Shown here: positions 51,545 through 60,865 of the stretch, piece by piece
Position numbering within the stretch: the stretch's first letter is position 1
How the letters are laid out: each line of letters starts with the position of its first letter
Assembly (NCBI GenBank): GCA_965116495.1
Contig: OZ220696.1
Location: forward strand, 2,272,001-2,336,000
DNA length: 64,000 nucleotides
Source of the DNA: Gammaproteobacteria bacterium
GTDB taxonomy: Bacteria > Pseudomonadota > Gammaproteobacteria > Eutrophobiales > Eutrophobiaceae
Direction of reading: 5' to 3'
The notes under the pieces: model-generated
Told to the model about the DNA's origin: nothing
Seen by the model: only the letters and a program-made list of their open reading frames with translations
Databases searched by the model: none
Translations under genes and position numbers: made by a program

Positions 51545-53754
51545 CAGCCTGATTTGACCAGTTTGTAATACATGCCGGCCTGGTCCGCAATCAACTCGTC
51601 GTGGGTGCCGCGCTGCACTTCGGCGCCCTTGTCGAGTACTATGATCTCATCACAATCCCGCACCGTGCTCAGCCGGTGCGCCACGATCAGGCAGGTGACA
51701 CCGCGACGCCGTAAGGCATCATCCACATATTCCTCCGTGGCGGCATCGAGTGCGCTGGTCGCCTCGTCCAGAATGAGCACTGTCGGATTGCCCACCAGCC
51801 CGCGGGCGATTTCCAGCCGTTGTCGCTGGCCGCCGCTGAAATTCGCCCCGCCTTCCTCGACGAGGGTCGCGTATCCATGCGGCCTGATCAGGATTTCCTC
51901 ATGGATGCAGGCATCCCGTGTTGCGGCAATGATGACTTCATCCGGAACGGCCGGGTTCCACAAGGTGATATTGTCTCGCACGGACGCGGAAAACAGCACG
52001 GCCTCCTGGTCCACCATGGAAATGGACCGCCGCAGTACTTCCTCGGGGATCTCATCCCGCGGATGGCCATCTAGCAGTATTTCACCAGACCATGGCTGAC
52101 TGATTCCCGAAACGAGACGCGCCAGGGTCGACTTGCCGGAACCGCTTGGACCGACCACGGCAACCCGCTGCCCCGGTTTGATCACGAGGTTGAAGTCCTT
52201 GATCAAGGGCGGTCGGCTCTTGTTGTAACCGAAGGTGACGTTGCGCAATTCGAGACTGCCCGCAAGCTGTAGCCGGCCGTTGAACGTGGGGATTGCCTGC
52301 GCTTCCGGACTGCGGCGGCTGAACACGGGGTCTTCAGCGGTCCTGGAGATGTCATCCAGCCGTTGCAAATCGGTTTCGAGCGCCTGGCGTTTGTCGGCGA
52401 ACTCCAGAAACCGCCCAACCGGCGCCAGAAACATCTCTGCCAGTATGTAGAACCCGACCAGCGCCCCCAGGGTCATTGCTCCGGTCATGACCAGGCTCCC
52501 CCCAAACCCCAGGATTGCCGCGGCGCGAAATGCCGCGATCAGGCCGGGAAGCGCGCTATTGACGGCGCCCAGTTCGGAGTAGCGTTGGCGCGCATGAAGT
52601 TCGCTTGCCTGCTGGCCGCTCCAGCGCGAAAAAAAACGATCGTCCGACCCTGTCATGCGCAGGTTATCCGCATGACTCAACATCTGCATACCAACGCCGA
52701 TCAGCAATCCCTGCTCGCGCCTCATTGCCTGGCTTCGAACTTCCCTGAGCGCGCTCAGGAAGCGGGCCAGCACTCCGTGCAGGAGAGCCAGCAACAGCAC
52801 GATCAGCGTTAGCAGGACATCGTAGGCCAACATCGCGACAAGCAACACTGCGCTCATGGCCATGTCTACAATGAGCACAAGAAACTGCTCCGTCAGGTTT
52901 TTCGCGATGCGATCGATGGACGAGACCCGGTCGGTGAGGTCGCCGGCCAGCCTGTGTTCAAAAAACTCCACCGGCAGCCGCAGCAGCCGCGACAGGCCCC
53001 GGTTGTAGCCGATCACCGAAACCCGGACCGCGAGCCGCTTGAGGAAACGGTGCTTGAGCAAGGTCAGGACGTATACCAGGATGCCGCCGCCAATCAAGGC
53101 GGCCACCAATCCGCCCCAGGGTCCGTGGTTTTCCAGAACGTCGTCTACGAAAACACCGAGAGTTGCGGGAACGACAAGCGCCAGCAACGTCAACATGAGG
53201 CCACAGGCAATCACCCCGGTAAGCACGCCCCACGATTCGGCGAGCAAGGCGCCCAGTTGCCTGACTAGGTTTGGCCGGTCACCGCCGGGCTTGAAATCGG
53301 GACCGCACTTGAAGCGAAGCATAATCCCGCTGTAGCCCTTGGTAAACTCTTCTGCGCTAACCCTGCGTTTCCCTGTGGCAGGGTCATTCAGGTAGAAACT
53401 TTGGCCATCGAACCCTTCGAGCACAACGAAATGGCTGAATTGCCAGAATAAAATCAGCGGAAGCTCCACCCGTTTCAGCTGATCGGCGCGCAGGCTGAGC
53501 CCTTTGCATTCAAGACCATAGTACCTGGCGGCGCGCAGGATGCTTGCCGCACTGCTGCCGTCACGGCTCACTTCACATTTATCGCGTAATTCAGTCAACG
53601 GCGCCCAGCGCCCGAAATAAGCCAGGACGATCCCGAGACAGGCGGCGCCACATTCCGACGCATGCATCTGCAACAGAACCGGTGTGTTGACCTTCTTTTT
53701 CAAAACGTCCGAAGACGCCTTATCCCTGGCTCCCTTGGGGGCGCTCGATGGCAT
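51544..53754 (-). CDS. NHLP bacteriocin export ABC transporter with C39 peptidase
   Basis: QMHASECGAACL, HFVV, NDPA, GPSGSGKST, FSGGQRQR, LDEATS. Confidence 0.95.
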   Translation of the reverse strand: MPSSAPKGARDKASSDVLKKKVNTPVLLQMHASECGAACLGIVLAYFGRWAPLTELRDKCEVSRDGSSAASILRAARYYGLECKGLSLRADQLKRVELPLILFWQFSHFVVLEGFDGQSFYLNDPATGKRRVSAEEFTKGYSGIMLRFKCGPDFKPGGDRPNLVRQLGALLAESWGVLTGVIACGLMLTLLALVVPATLGVFVDDVLENHGPWGGLVAALIGGGILVYVLTLLKHRFLKRLAVRVSVIGYNRGLSRLLRLPVEFFEHRLAGDLTDRVSSIDRIAKNLTEQFLVLIVDMAMSAVLLVAMLAYDVLLTLIVLLLALLHGVLARFLSALREVRSQAMRREQGLLIGVGMQMLSHADNLRMTGSDDRFFSRWSGQQASELHARQRYSELGAVNSALPGLIAAFRAAAILGFGGSLVMTGAMTLGALVGFYILAEMFLAPVGRFLEFADKRQALETDLQRLDDISRTAEDPVFSRRSPEAQAIPTFNGRLQLAGSLELRNVTFGYNKSRPPLIKDFNLVIKPGQRVAVVGPSGSGKSTLARLVSGISQPWSGEILLDGHPRDEIPEEVLRRSISMVDQEAVLFSASVRDNITLWNPAVPDEVIIAATRDACIHEEILIRPHGYATLVEEGGANFSGGQRQRLEIARGLVGNPTVLILDEATSALDAATEEYVDDALRRRGVTCLIVAHRLSTVRDCDEIIVLDKGAEVQRGTHDELIADQAGMYYKLVKSG

Positions 53755-53755
53755 C

Positions 53756-54307
53756 TTATAGTCGCGTCGTAAGGAACAGTTCTATCGGAGATTGCCTGCC
53801 AAGCCCGATAACCAGCCGGCATTCCCTGCTGGTGAGGGAGTCCGGCTCAAGACCTTCTTCGAGAACGATATCGACACGGTGCAGGGACTCAGGCGCCTCG
53901 GGCAGAAACGCCGACATCCCGCCGGAAATGGGTATAGCGGAAATTGCCTTGACTGCACCGTCCAGTGTGCCTGCTTTTGCATCTTTCGTGTCCAACTCAA
54001 CCATTACCGGCATCCCGGCCTCGATTGACGGCGCGGTGCTGCTCTGCATCCAGACAAGGGCCTGCACAAGCCGGCTTCCTTCAGGTGAGGTTTCACCTTG
54101 TTCAATAAGTATGCCGTTGAACTCAATACTACGGGCTATGTTGCCGAAGAGAAGCCATGCTGAGAGTATTAACAGGAAAACGGCAATTGCCGCGACAAGC
54201 AGGCGTTCATGCGGTGTGGAAATCGTCAGCAGCCGGTCGAGTTGCTCGCGTTCTTCCTTCGCCTCAGCTACCGTATCGTGAAATGATTCAAACGGATTGT
54301 TGAACAT
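53756..54307 (-). CDS. Short NHLP secretion (HlyD-like) accessory protein
   Basis: REQLDRLLTISTP, TM helix, C-terminal SPIELF; only 183 aa. Confidence 0.75.
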   Translation of the reverse strand: MFNNPFESFHDTVAEAKEEREQLDRLLTISTPHERLLVAAIAVFLLILSAWLLFGNIARSIEFNGILIEQGETSPEGSRLVQALVWMQSSTAPSIEAGMPVMVELDTKDAKAGTLDGAVKAISAIPISGGMSAFLPEAPESLHRVDIVLEEGLEPDSLTSRECRLVIGLGRQSPIELFLTTRL

Positions 54308-54432
54308 GGCCGGGAATATCCCCCCAAATGTGTGTAATCCAGTAAGACCAGGAAAATCTTATTCGGCTAACTCGATGATTTGCTTGATGTTAAAATAAAT
54401 CAGCTTTTTTAACAAGCAGTAATTCCGGGGAT

Positions 54433-54574
54433 GGATGATGTGTGCCTTCCTGGCACACACCCTATGGGCGTCCTTCGGACGTCCAAATCGGCTCCTGGCG
54501 GATTTGTGGGGTCAGAGTAAAATATTGAAGCGCATTGCCGGTGGCTGGATCGGTGGTGATATTACTCTGACCCC
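54433..54574. repeat. Composite intergenic palindromic repeat, including copy 2 of the GGGGTCAGAGTAA pair
   Basis: Hairpins TGTGTGCC..GGCACACA, GGGCGTCC..GGACGTCC and CAAATC..GATTTG, then the inverted repeat at 54508-54574. GATTTGTGGGGTCAGAGTAAAA is shared with 12073-12094. Confidence 0.7.
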
Positions 54575-54591
54575 TGCTTTGCAGATGTTTC

Positions 54592-56865
54592 TCACGCAAT
54601 TACAGGGACGGGATTCAGTTCAGCCTCCCCGGTGGGGCAATCCCGCCAGCCCATCTCAACCGGTACGTCATATAGGCGTCCCGGTGCGAAGCGTTCCCAG
54701 AAGTGACGCAGGCCCGGCACGATCACGCGCGCCACGGGCATACCGATGTCAGGCCGGGTCTGGTCGAGCACCAACAATTCCATCCCCCTCACTTCGACCA
54801 ACCCACGGCACCATTCCACATCGTCTCTCAGGTCTTCCGTATCCGGAACCGAATAATCGGAACTCTGGCTCAACCTGGCATCGCCTGCAGGCGCGAGATG
54901 GGGGTGGTCGGCCAGTTTGCCGTTCTTCCACCACCACAGACACATCGGATCATCGACCCCGTACCCGCTTTGAGCATTGCCCGGGCGAGGGACCCAGGTG
55001 AGGCACTGGTTCAATTCACACACGGCCCGCAGCGCCGCAATCCGGGGGTCGGCGTGTGCGCCTGCGCCATAGATGATGTCTTCGGCCACGCCATCGTTGC
55101 TGCGGGACAGTGCAACAAAGGCAGGAATTCCAAGGTCGCCGGTAAGGTCCAGCAGCCACATTTCGCGATTGTATTGATGATAATAACCTGGGGCAGATGC
55201 CAGGTACTCGTCAGCAAAGCTATCCAGGTCCACTCCGGGCCTTTGCAGCCGGTTGTACCACCAGATTGCGACGGCATCGCGTTCGACCAGTTCAAAAAAC
55301 CCCTGCAGAACAGCTTCTTCCAGGGTGTTCCCGGCTGCACAGCCGTTGGAGTCGGACCAAAGCCCCGAGGTTCCCCGCTGCTCCGGAGTCATTCCGTAGA
55401 GGATGGCTGTCGGTAACCAGCATTGCCGGTCCCGGGTGAGCGACCATACCGGAGACCAGTCCAGTTCATGCTCCGGGTCGAAGCGCGCCGGAACGACATT
55501 ATACGGGTGGCCGCGTGCGTTGATCTCTTGCGCATGGTCCAGTTGCCGGTCGCTGAACAACTGGACGTCGTTCGGGTGGATCGCCTCTCCATCCGCCGCT
55601 CCGGAAAAATCCGCCAGGCGCCTGCGGCAACGGATTTCATCACCGTGGAAAGCGCCGGAATAGCGCTCGACCGCTTCGCACAGCGCACTGACCTCGGATT
55701 GCTCCGCGCTGCTGCCCTTACCTGCACTCTTGCTGCGCAGGCTGCGCCGCAATGAGCTCAGGTTCTTGATTCTCAAGGCAAGATTGCTGCCCGCCCAATG
55801 TACATGCAGCCAGGAGTCTGTTCCGGGAGTTGTGCGTGAAACCCAACTGACCACTCCACTCACCGGACTGACCAGGTGCCGGTACTTTTCAAGCGTCTCC
55901 GCAGGTGTAGCCGCCCGCACTCCGCCGCTGTTGCGAAACTGTTTCGGGCTCGCCTGCAATCGCACCGGCGTCGCCGGCCGATCAGTTTTATAGAGTTCCT
56001 CGTTTCCGCAGACCGGGCATTGCGGACGGCGCATGACCCGGTGATGTTCACTTTTCATGCCGACAACATCCAGTGTGATCGCATGGTCATGCAACGGCGC
56101 CGCATCCCCAAGGACAAACCACCTGGCGATCTCAATGGCAACAGTTCCGCTGACGACATCCAATGCCAGGGGTTCGGCTACGTTCGGACGAAACGCGGCC
56201 GCCTCGCCACAGTGATTTCGCACAAAGGAATGGACCTCCTGGTGGTTTCGAATACGGTAGGAAAGGCAGGCCCAACACGGACTTTTCTGCGCAGGCCGGA
56301 ACACAGGGCCAAACAGCGGTCGTAATCCTGCAGGCCGGACCAGCACCCATGGGATGCCCGATTCCAGGTGCTCCCGGTTGACGGCGGCAAACTCATCATC
56401 AAGATAGTCGGAACCTGCGTAAATGGACAGGGACGGGCGGTTTGTACCGACTGTAATACCCATGCCCTCAAGCCGTGTCGCGAGACGGCCGTCGTCACCC
56501 TGGATTACTACCTGCGCTTCCTGCAATCGCTCTTCAACCTGGCGCGGGGATGCACCCTGCGAGGACCAGAATGCCGCCCTGCCCCGTTCCATGTCATAAT
56601 CGCCGGATACGGTGTATCCCCTGGATTCCAGGAAAGTCAGGGCTTTGCGGACATCCGTCTCCGGATGCACCCCGTCTAGCGCATCAACAATACTTTCCCG
56701 GGAACGGCAACCGTCAAGCAACGGCAGGAGATCCCCATATACCTGCCCATGCAGGAGCGTGTTGAATGTTTCGGAAACCAGGAGCACCTGCCCGGCGCCG
56801 ATAGAGCGGTGCTCAAGGTGCGGCGCAAGCACCGGCCGTTCAATCTGGTGCGGATTAACAGCCAA
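54592..56865 (-). CDS. srpC: Fused E1-like/YcaO cyclodehydratase (azoline-forming)
   Basis: RRE-like N-terminus, PCWACL...CPVCG, SAGKG, EAVERY, SNGCAAGNTLEEA, ELVERDA, GRLY, C-terminal PVP. Confidence 0.95.
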   Translation of the reverse strand: MAVNPHQIERPVLAPHLEHRSIGAGQVLLVSETFNTLLHGQVYGDLLPLLDGCRSRESIVDALDGVHPETDVRKALTFLESRGYTVSGDYDMERGRAAFWSSQGASPRQVEERLQEAQVVIQGDDGRLATRLEGMGITVGTNRPSLSIYAGSDYLDDEFAAVNREHLESGIPWVLVRPAGLRPLFGPVFRPAQKSPCWACLSYRIRNHQEVHSFVRNHCGEAAAFRPNVAEPLALDVVSGTVAIEIARWFVLGDAAPLHDHAITLDVVGMKSEHHRVMRRPQCPVCGNEELYKTDRPATPVRLQASPKQFRNSGGVRAATPAETLEKYRHLVSPVSGVVSWVSRTTPGTDSWLHVHWAGSNLALRIKNLSSLRRSLRSKSAGKGSSAEQSEVSALCEAVERYSGAFHGDEIRCRRRLADFSGAADGEAIHPNDVQLFSDRQLDHAQEINARGHPYNVVPARFDPEHELDWSPVWSLTRDRQCWLPTAILYGMTPEQRGTSGLWSDSNGCAAGNTLEEAVLQGFFELVERDAVAIWWYNRLQRPGVDLDSFADEYLASAPGYYHQYNREMWLLDLTGDLGIPAFVALSRSNDGVAEDIIYGAGAHADPRIAALRAVCELNQCLTWVPRPGNAQSGYGVDDPMCLWWWKNGKLADHPHLAPAGDARLSQSSDYSVPDTEDLRDDVEWCRGLVEVRGMELLVLDQTRPDIGMPVARVIVPGLRHFWERFAPGRLYDVPVEMGWRDCPTGEAELNPVPVIA

Positions 56866-57151
56866 GACCCTGTGACATCTGTGTATAACTGGTTAGAGGA
56901 ACCCCGCACATCCGGTCCTGGTCCGACTTGTCTTCGGCCGGCAAACTTGTCAGATGTTGCAAATGGGGAACCAGGCTCGGCCAGCTGCCTTCGCCCACCC
57001 CTATGGTCGGGATGTGGGAGTCGTATATGTGGTGCAGCTCATGATCCGGGTCAGGGTGAAGGCGAGTCACGGCAGCGGCCGCCAAAGACCCTGCGGTTCC
57101 CCGGCCAATCACTGCGATGTTCTTTAACGACTTGCTGCCAGGATTTATCAA
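56855..57151 (-). pseudogene. srpI: Internally deleted flavin-dependent (Trp-type) halogenase
   Basis: IAVIGRGTAG and IPTIGVGEG N-terminal motifs; only 98 codons with no catalytic middle; stop overlaps the YcaO start. Confidence 0.82.
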
Positions 57152-57367
57152 ATCAGGTGATTCTCACAAGTGTCCGTTGAAAGTTCTGCACACACCAACA
57201 ACTTGTGTAATTTTATCATGGTTTTCGGACCATTGTGTTCGGACCACTTTAACGGAATGCCAATCAAGATCAAATGGGCATCAGGCGGCGCAGACCAATC
57301 GTATCCTCGTGACGCAGTCGGGCAAAGCAGTCCGGGAAAGAGCATAAAGGGACCCGGTTGAAACTGA

Positions 57368-58312
57368 ATGAGCAATTCAGCCGACAAGTGGTTATACTAT
57401 GGTGACCATCAGGACACCCCAACCTTGAACACCACTCGCGAAATACCTCTTTCCGAGCATGAACGCTCGGTAATTGAACACTACGACAAAATGACCAGGG
57501 TGTTCTATCTCCAGTGGAGTTCCGAGCATTTTCATTTCGGTGTATTCAAGCCCGGGGAACGCCCCAGGCACAACGAGACTCCGAAAGAATCGGACGGACA
57601 TGCAAGAGCACTGGAGCGCATGGTGGAAGTCATAGTTGCCCCAGCCGGGATTGAGGGACACCATCATGTGGTGGACGCCGGGTGCGGAGTGGGCGGAACT
57701 GCCTTTCACCTGGGCAGGACGCGGGACTGCAAGGTCACGGGCGTGAACCTGAGCAAGACGCAACTGGAGATTGCCAGAAGTAAGGCAGTTAATGCCGGCC
57801 TGGGTGATCGGATAGACTTTAAGTACGCGAACTGTTCCCGGAGTCTGCCGTTCGCAGATGGCTCCGTGGACGTGGTTGTCAATATCGAAAGCGCCCGTCA
57901 CTACAGTGACCGAAGAACATTTCTCCACGAGGTATACAGGATCCTGAAACCGGGAGGAAGCATTGTGGCTTCAGACTGGGTGGTGCATGACGTAATACCG
58001 GACAGCCAGCACAAACGTTACATTCAACCGTTATGCGAGGACTGGATGCTGTATAACCTGGAGTCCCAGTCCTCGTACACCCGGTTGCTGCAGGAAGCGG
58101 GTCTGGAAGTGATTGAATTTGAGGGATTCAACGGAATGGAGTTTGACAACCTGCATCTCCTCACAAACACCTACCAGTCCCTGGGACTGCTGCGAACCGG
58201 TTACATGAAGTCGCCTGTTTTCGCCAAACTGATGACTCAGCTGGAAAGATTGTGTGTTGCCTGGCGACACAGTTACCTGGGCATCAAACGCTACTGCGCC
58301 GTGAAAGGTTAG
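57368..58312 (+). CDS. Class I SAM-dependent methyltransferase (tocopherol/sterol-MT-like)
   Basis: HYD...HFHFG, VVDAGCGVGG, LPFADGSVD, RILKPGG. Confidence 0.9.
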   Translation: MSNSADKWLYYGDHQDTPTLNTTREIPLSEHERSVIEHYDKMTRVFYLQWSSEHFHFGVFKPGERPRHNETPKESDGHARALERMVEVIVAPAGIEGHHHVVDAGCGVGGTAFHLGRTRDCKVTGVNLSKTQLEIARSKAVNAGLGDRIDFKYANCSRSLPFADGSVDVVVNIESARHYSDRRTFLHEVYRILKPGGSIVASDWVVHDVIPDSQHKRYIQPLCEDWMLYNLESQSSYTRLLQEAGLEVIEFEGFNGMEFDNLHLLTNTYQSLGLLRTGYMKSPVFAKLMTQLERLCVAWRHSYLGIKRYCAVKG

Positions 58313-58339
58313 GGATCAGGGGCTGGCCCGGATTTCTTA

Positions 58340-60757
58340 TCAGGCATTGAAGAGTGCGTCGATGTCGGTAGCGGCGCGTGTTGCCGTTACTTTAATCGCG
58401 GCGCTCAGTGCATCGAAGTCGTCTGTTCCGCAGCTTCTGGCAATGACTGTCCTGGCCATCGGCCAGGTGGCATTATCCACGTTGTTATCTTCTCCCAGCA
58501 AGCGCAGGATGCCGCGCAGGTTGCGCCACATTCTTGCCGCCTCAGCCAACCGTTGCGCGCAATCGTCAGGTATCACCTCACCCTCGCCGGCGCTCTGGAA
58601 TACGGAAACCGTACCTGCGGCAATAACCTCCGGCGCCGTTGCAGCATGGGTCACAGTCAGATATGCGGCAGCGCGTTCTACCTCCCGGAGACCGCCGCGC
58701 ATATTCTCGAATGATTGCAGTCCGGCCTCCGGCGTGCCCTCCCCTGCCTGACGCAATTCATTCAGCAACGCATCACGAGCGGCGCCATTGGCCAGGATTT
58801 CAAGGCGCGTATCCTCAAACCGTTTTCCCAGCCCGGCATCCCCTGATGTAAAAACACAGCGCGACCGTAAGAGTTCCAGCAACTCTCCTGTTGAGGAGTT
58901 GCTGTAATGGTGTTCCGAAAAGTCAGCGAGAGAACGGACAATTGTCTCAGCCCTGCCCGGCAACATCGGCTGCAACAGCAGGTTGTCCCGTGACAGGGCG
59001 CGCAACGCGTCGAGAGAGCGCTCGCTCAATGTCCTGTAATAATCGGGTGAGCCACTGCCGTCATAAAGGAACATGATGCCAAGCCCGGCGCCCAGCGTCG
59101 CTTCTCCACTTGCAATCTCTCCCAGAACCACTGCCGCCACACCGCCTTCGAGCCGCCGCTGGGTAAAATCCTCCACCGCAGCCGAGAGAACACCGGCGAT
59201 CGAGGCCTCAGCAATGTTGGACAGCGCCGTCCCCGCTTCAACCGGTGACAGGTTGCCGCGCAATGTGTGCATGGCAACCTGCAGGACCTTGTCGTTCGAC
59301 CAGTTGCGCATGATCTCTACCGCATCTTTCGTGTCCTGCACCGGGATATCTGCAACCTGCTCCTTCATTTCTTCAGCAGTGAATTCCAACGTCCAGTACA
59401 CGCGCGTCAGACCGCGTCGAGCAATTAATTCAAACTCGGGACTCGGCCCGAATCCGTCCGGCAGGTCAAGATCGGTGAATTCCCTGTCCTGAAGGATGTC
59501 GAGCAACGCCGGGGTACGGTTTATCCATTCGGAAAGCCGTGGCGATGCTGCCATGATCGCGGAAATTGTATCGAACATATCCGGACGCGCGTCGAATGCA
59601 GGGCTGTCGTAAACGTTCCAGTCCTTGACCTCCGGATAATAACGCTGCCTCCACTTGTCGACCAACGGGTCCATCGTCTCGAACCAGCGGCGGGGGGACA
59701 TCGCCAGGCCGCCCATTTTGCCGTAGGGCCCGGGCAGTTGCGGCGATTGATCCTCACCCCAGTGCTGTAACAGCGGATAAGGCCGGCTTGCAGCGGCATG
59801 GTGGTCGGCATGGCGCTGCGCGTTGTAATAGATCCAGTTGAAAAACCTGTAGTCGCTGCTCCAGGAATGTTGCGGCTGGGGTCGCTCGAAGCGGCCGTTG
59901 GGAAGGCGGATACGCCGTAATCCGTAATGCTGGACATAGTTGATGATCTTCATTGACAGGACCGAACTGGCGCTGAACATCAGGAATGCCAGGATTCCCC
60001 AGATACCGCCGAACCAGTATCCGAGGGCATACCAGAACGTAACCATGAGGAAATAACGCCAGAACGGATTGGTGTAATGCCAGACCGGGAGGTGGCGGCG
60101 CGCCAGCCTGTCGCGCTCGAAACGCCAGGCTACGACGAGACTGTTCGCCACGTCCCGGGGGAAATATTCCCAAAAGCTCTGCCCCTTGCGCGCCGAGCCG
60201 AGATCTGCAGGCGTGGCGACCAGGGGGTGATGTATATAGACATGCTCCGTGGCGTAGTGCGGGTAGGTGACCGAAGCCAGCAGGAACTCGCCGAACCTGC
60301 GCTCCCATTCATAGCGCTTATGTACCAGCTCATGACCGATAATGAACACCATCTGGGACGCCATGCCGAGAGCAAATATCATCAGCACGGCCTCCCACAC
60401 GGCCAGGTGGCCGCCAATAAAAATCTGCCAGAGTACGAATACGAGGACCACCGGCCACAGTACGGCCCACATCCATACAGCCAGGTTGTATACGTACAAC
60501 TGGCTGTCACGGGTACCCCACGGATCCATGTTGCGTTCTTCCAGGCCTAAATGGAGATCGAGCCTGTTCTCAAGCCAGACAAACAGGAACGGCCCCATGA
60601 TCCACCAGCCCCCGTAAAGCGCTGCACAAATCACCAACGGGAAAATCAACAGGAGCAGGTAATGCGGGAGCGCATTCAGGACCGACGGCTGGACAAACTC
60701 CTGCCCGCCGACGGTTTCGGCGCTCGTGCCACCAGGGTCCGCGCTATACTCTGCCAT
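58340..60757 (-). CDS. AlkB-like membrane di-iron oxygenase fused to a degenerate GlnE adenylyltransferase domain
   Basis: His boxes HELVH, EHVYIHH..VATP.D, NYVQHYGL, QRHADHH. C-terminal half has GlnE-like ALSNIAEA, VVLG..GE....G.G..FLYD and RGGLREVE. Confidence 0.85.
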   Translation of the reverse strand: MAEYSADPGGTSAETVGGQEFVQPSVLNALPHYLLLLIFPLVICAALYGGWWIMGPFLFVWLENRLDLHLGLEERNMDPWGTRDSQLYVYNLAVWMWAVLWPVVLVFVLWQIFIGGHLAVWEAVLMIFALGMASQMVFIIGHELVHKRYEWERRFGEFLLASVTYPHYATEHVYIHHPLVATPADLGSARKGQSFWEYFPRDVANSLVVAWRFERDRLARRHLPVWHYTNPFWRYFLMVTFWYALGYWFGGIWGILAFLMFSASSVLSMKIINYVQHYGLRRIRLPNGRFERPQPQHSWSSDYRFFNWIYYNAQRHADHHAAASRPYPLLQHWGEDQSPQLPGPYGKMGGLAMSPRRWFETMDPLVDKWRQRYYPEVKDWNVYDSPAFDARPDMFDTISAIMAASPRLSEWINRTPALLDILQDREFTDLDLPDGFGPSPEFELIARRGLTRVYWTLEFTAEEMKEQVADIPVQDTKDAVEIMRNWSNDKVLQVAMHTLRGNLSPVEAGTALSNIAEASIAGVLSAAVEDFTQRRLEGGVAAVVLGEIASGEATLGAGLGIMFLYDGSGSPDYYRTLSERSLDALRALSRDNLLLQPMLPGRAETIVRSLADFSEHHYSNSSTGELLELLRSRCVFTSGDAGLGKRFEDTRLEILANGAARDALLNELRQAGEGTPEAGLQSFENMRGGLREVERAAAYLTVTHAATAPEVIAAGTVSVFQSAGEGEVIPDDCAQRLAEAARMWRNLRGILRLLGEDNNVDNATWPMARTVIARSCGTDDFDALSAAIKVTATRAATDIDALFNA

Positions 60758-60865
60758 GGCAACCTCCCGCTCTTATCAGCGTCCAAGTCTCATTCACGGT
60801 TTCATTGTCCATAACGTTGTAACTATGTCAAGCGAACTCACCAGGACAGGAAGTAATCGTCTCTT

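Noticed and set aside
57148-57387. 79-aa ORF as a second RiPP precursor
   Set aside because: It has no NHLP leader or double-Gly site and spans the divergent promoter region.
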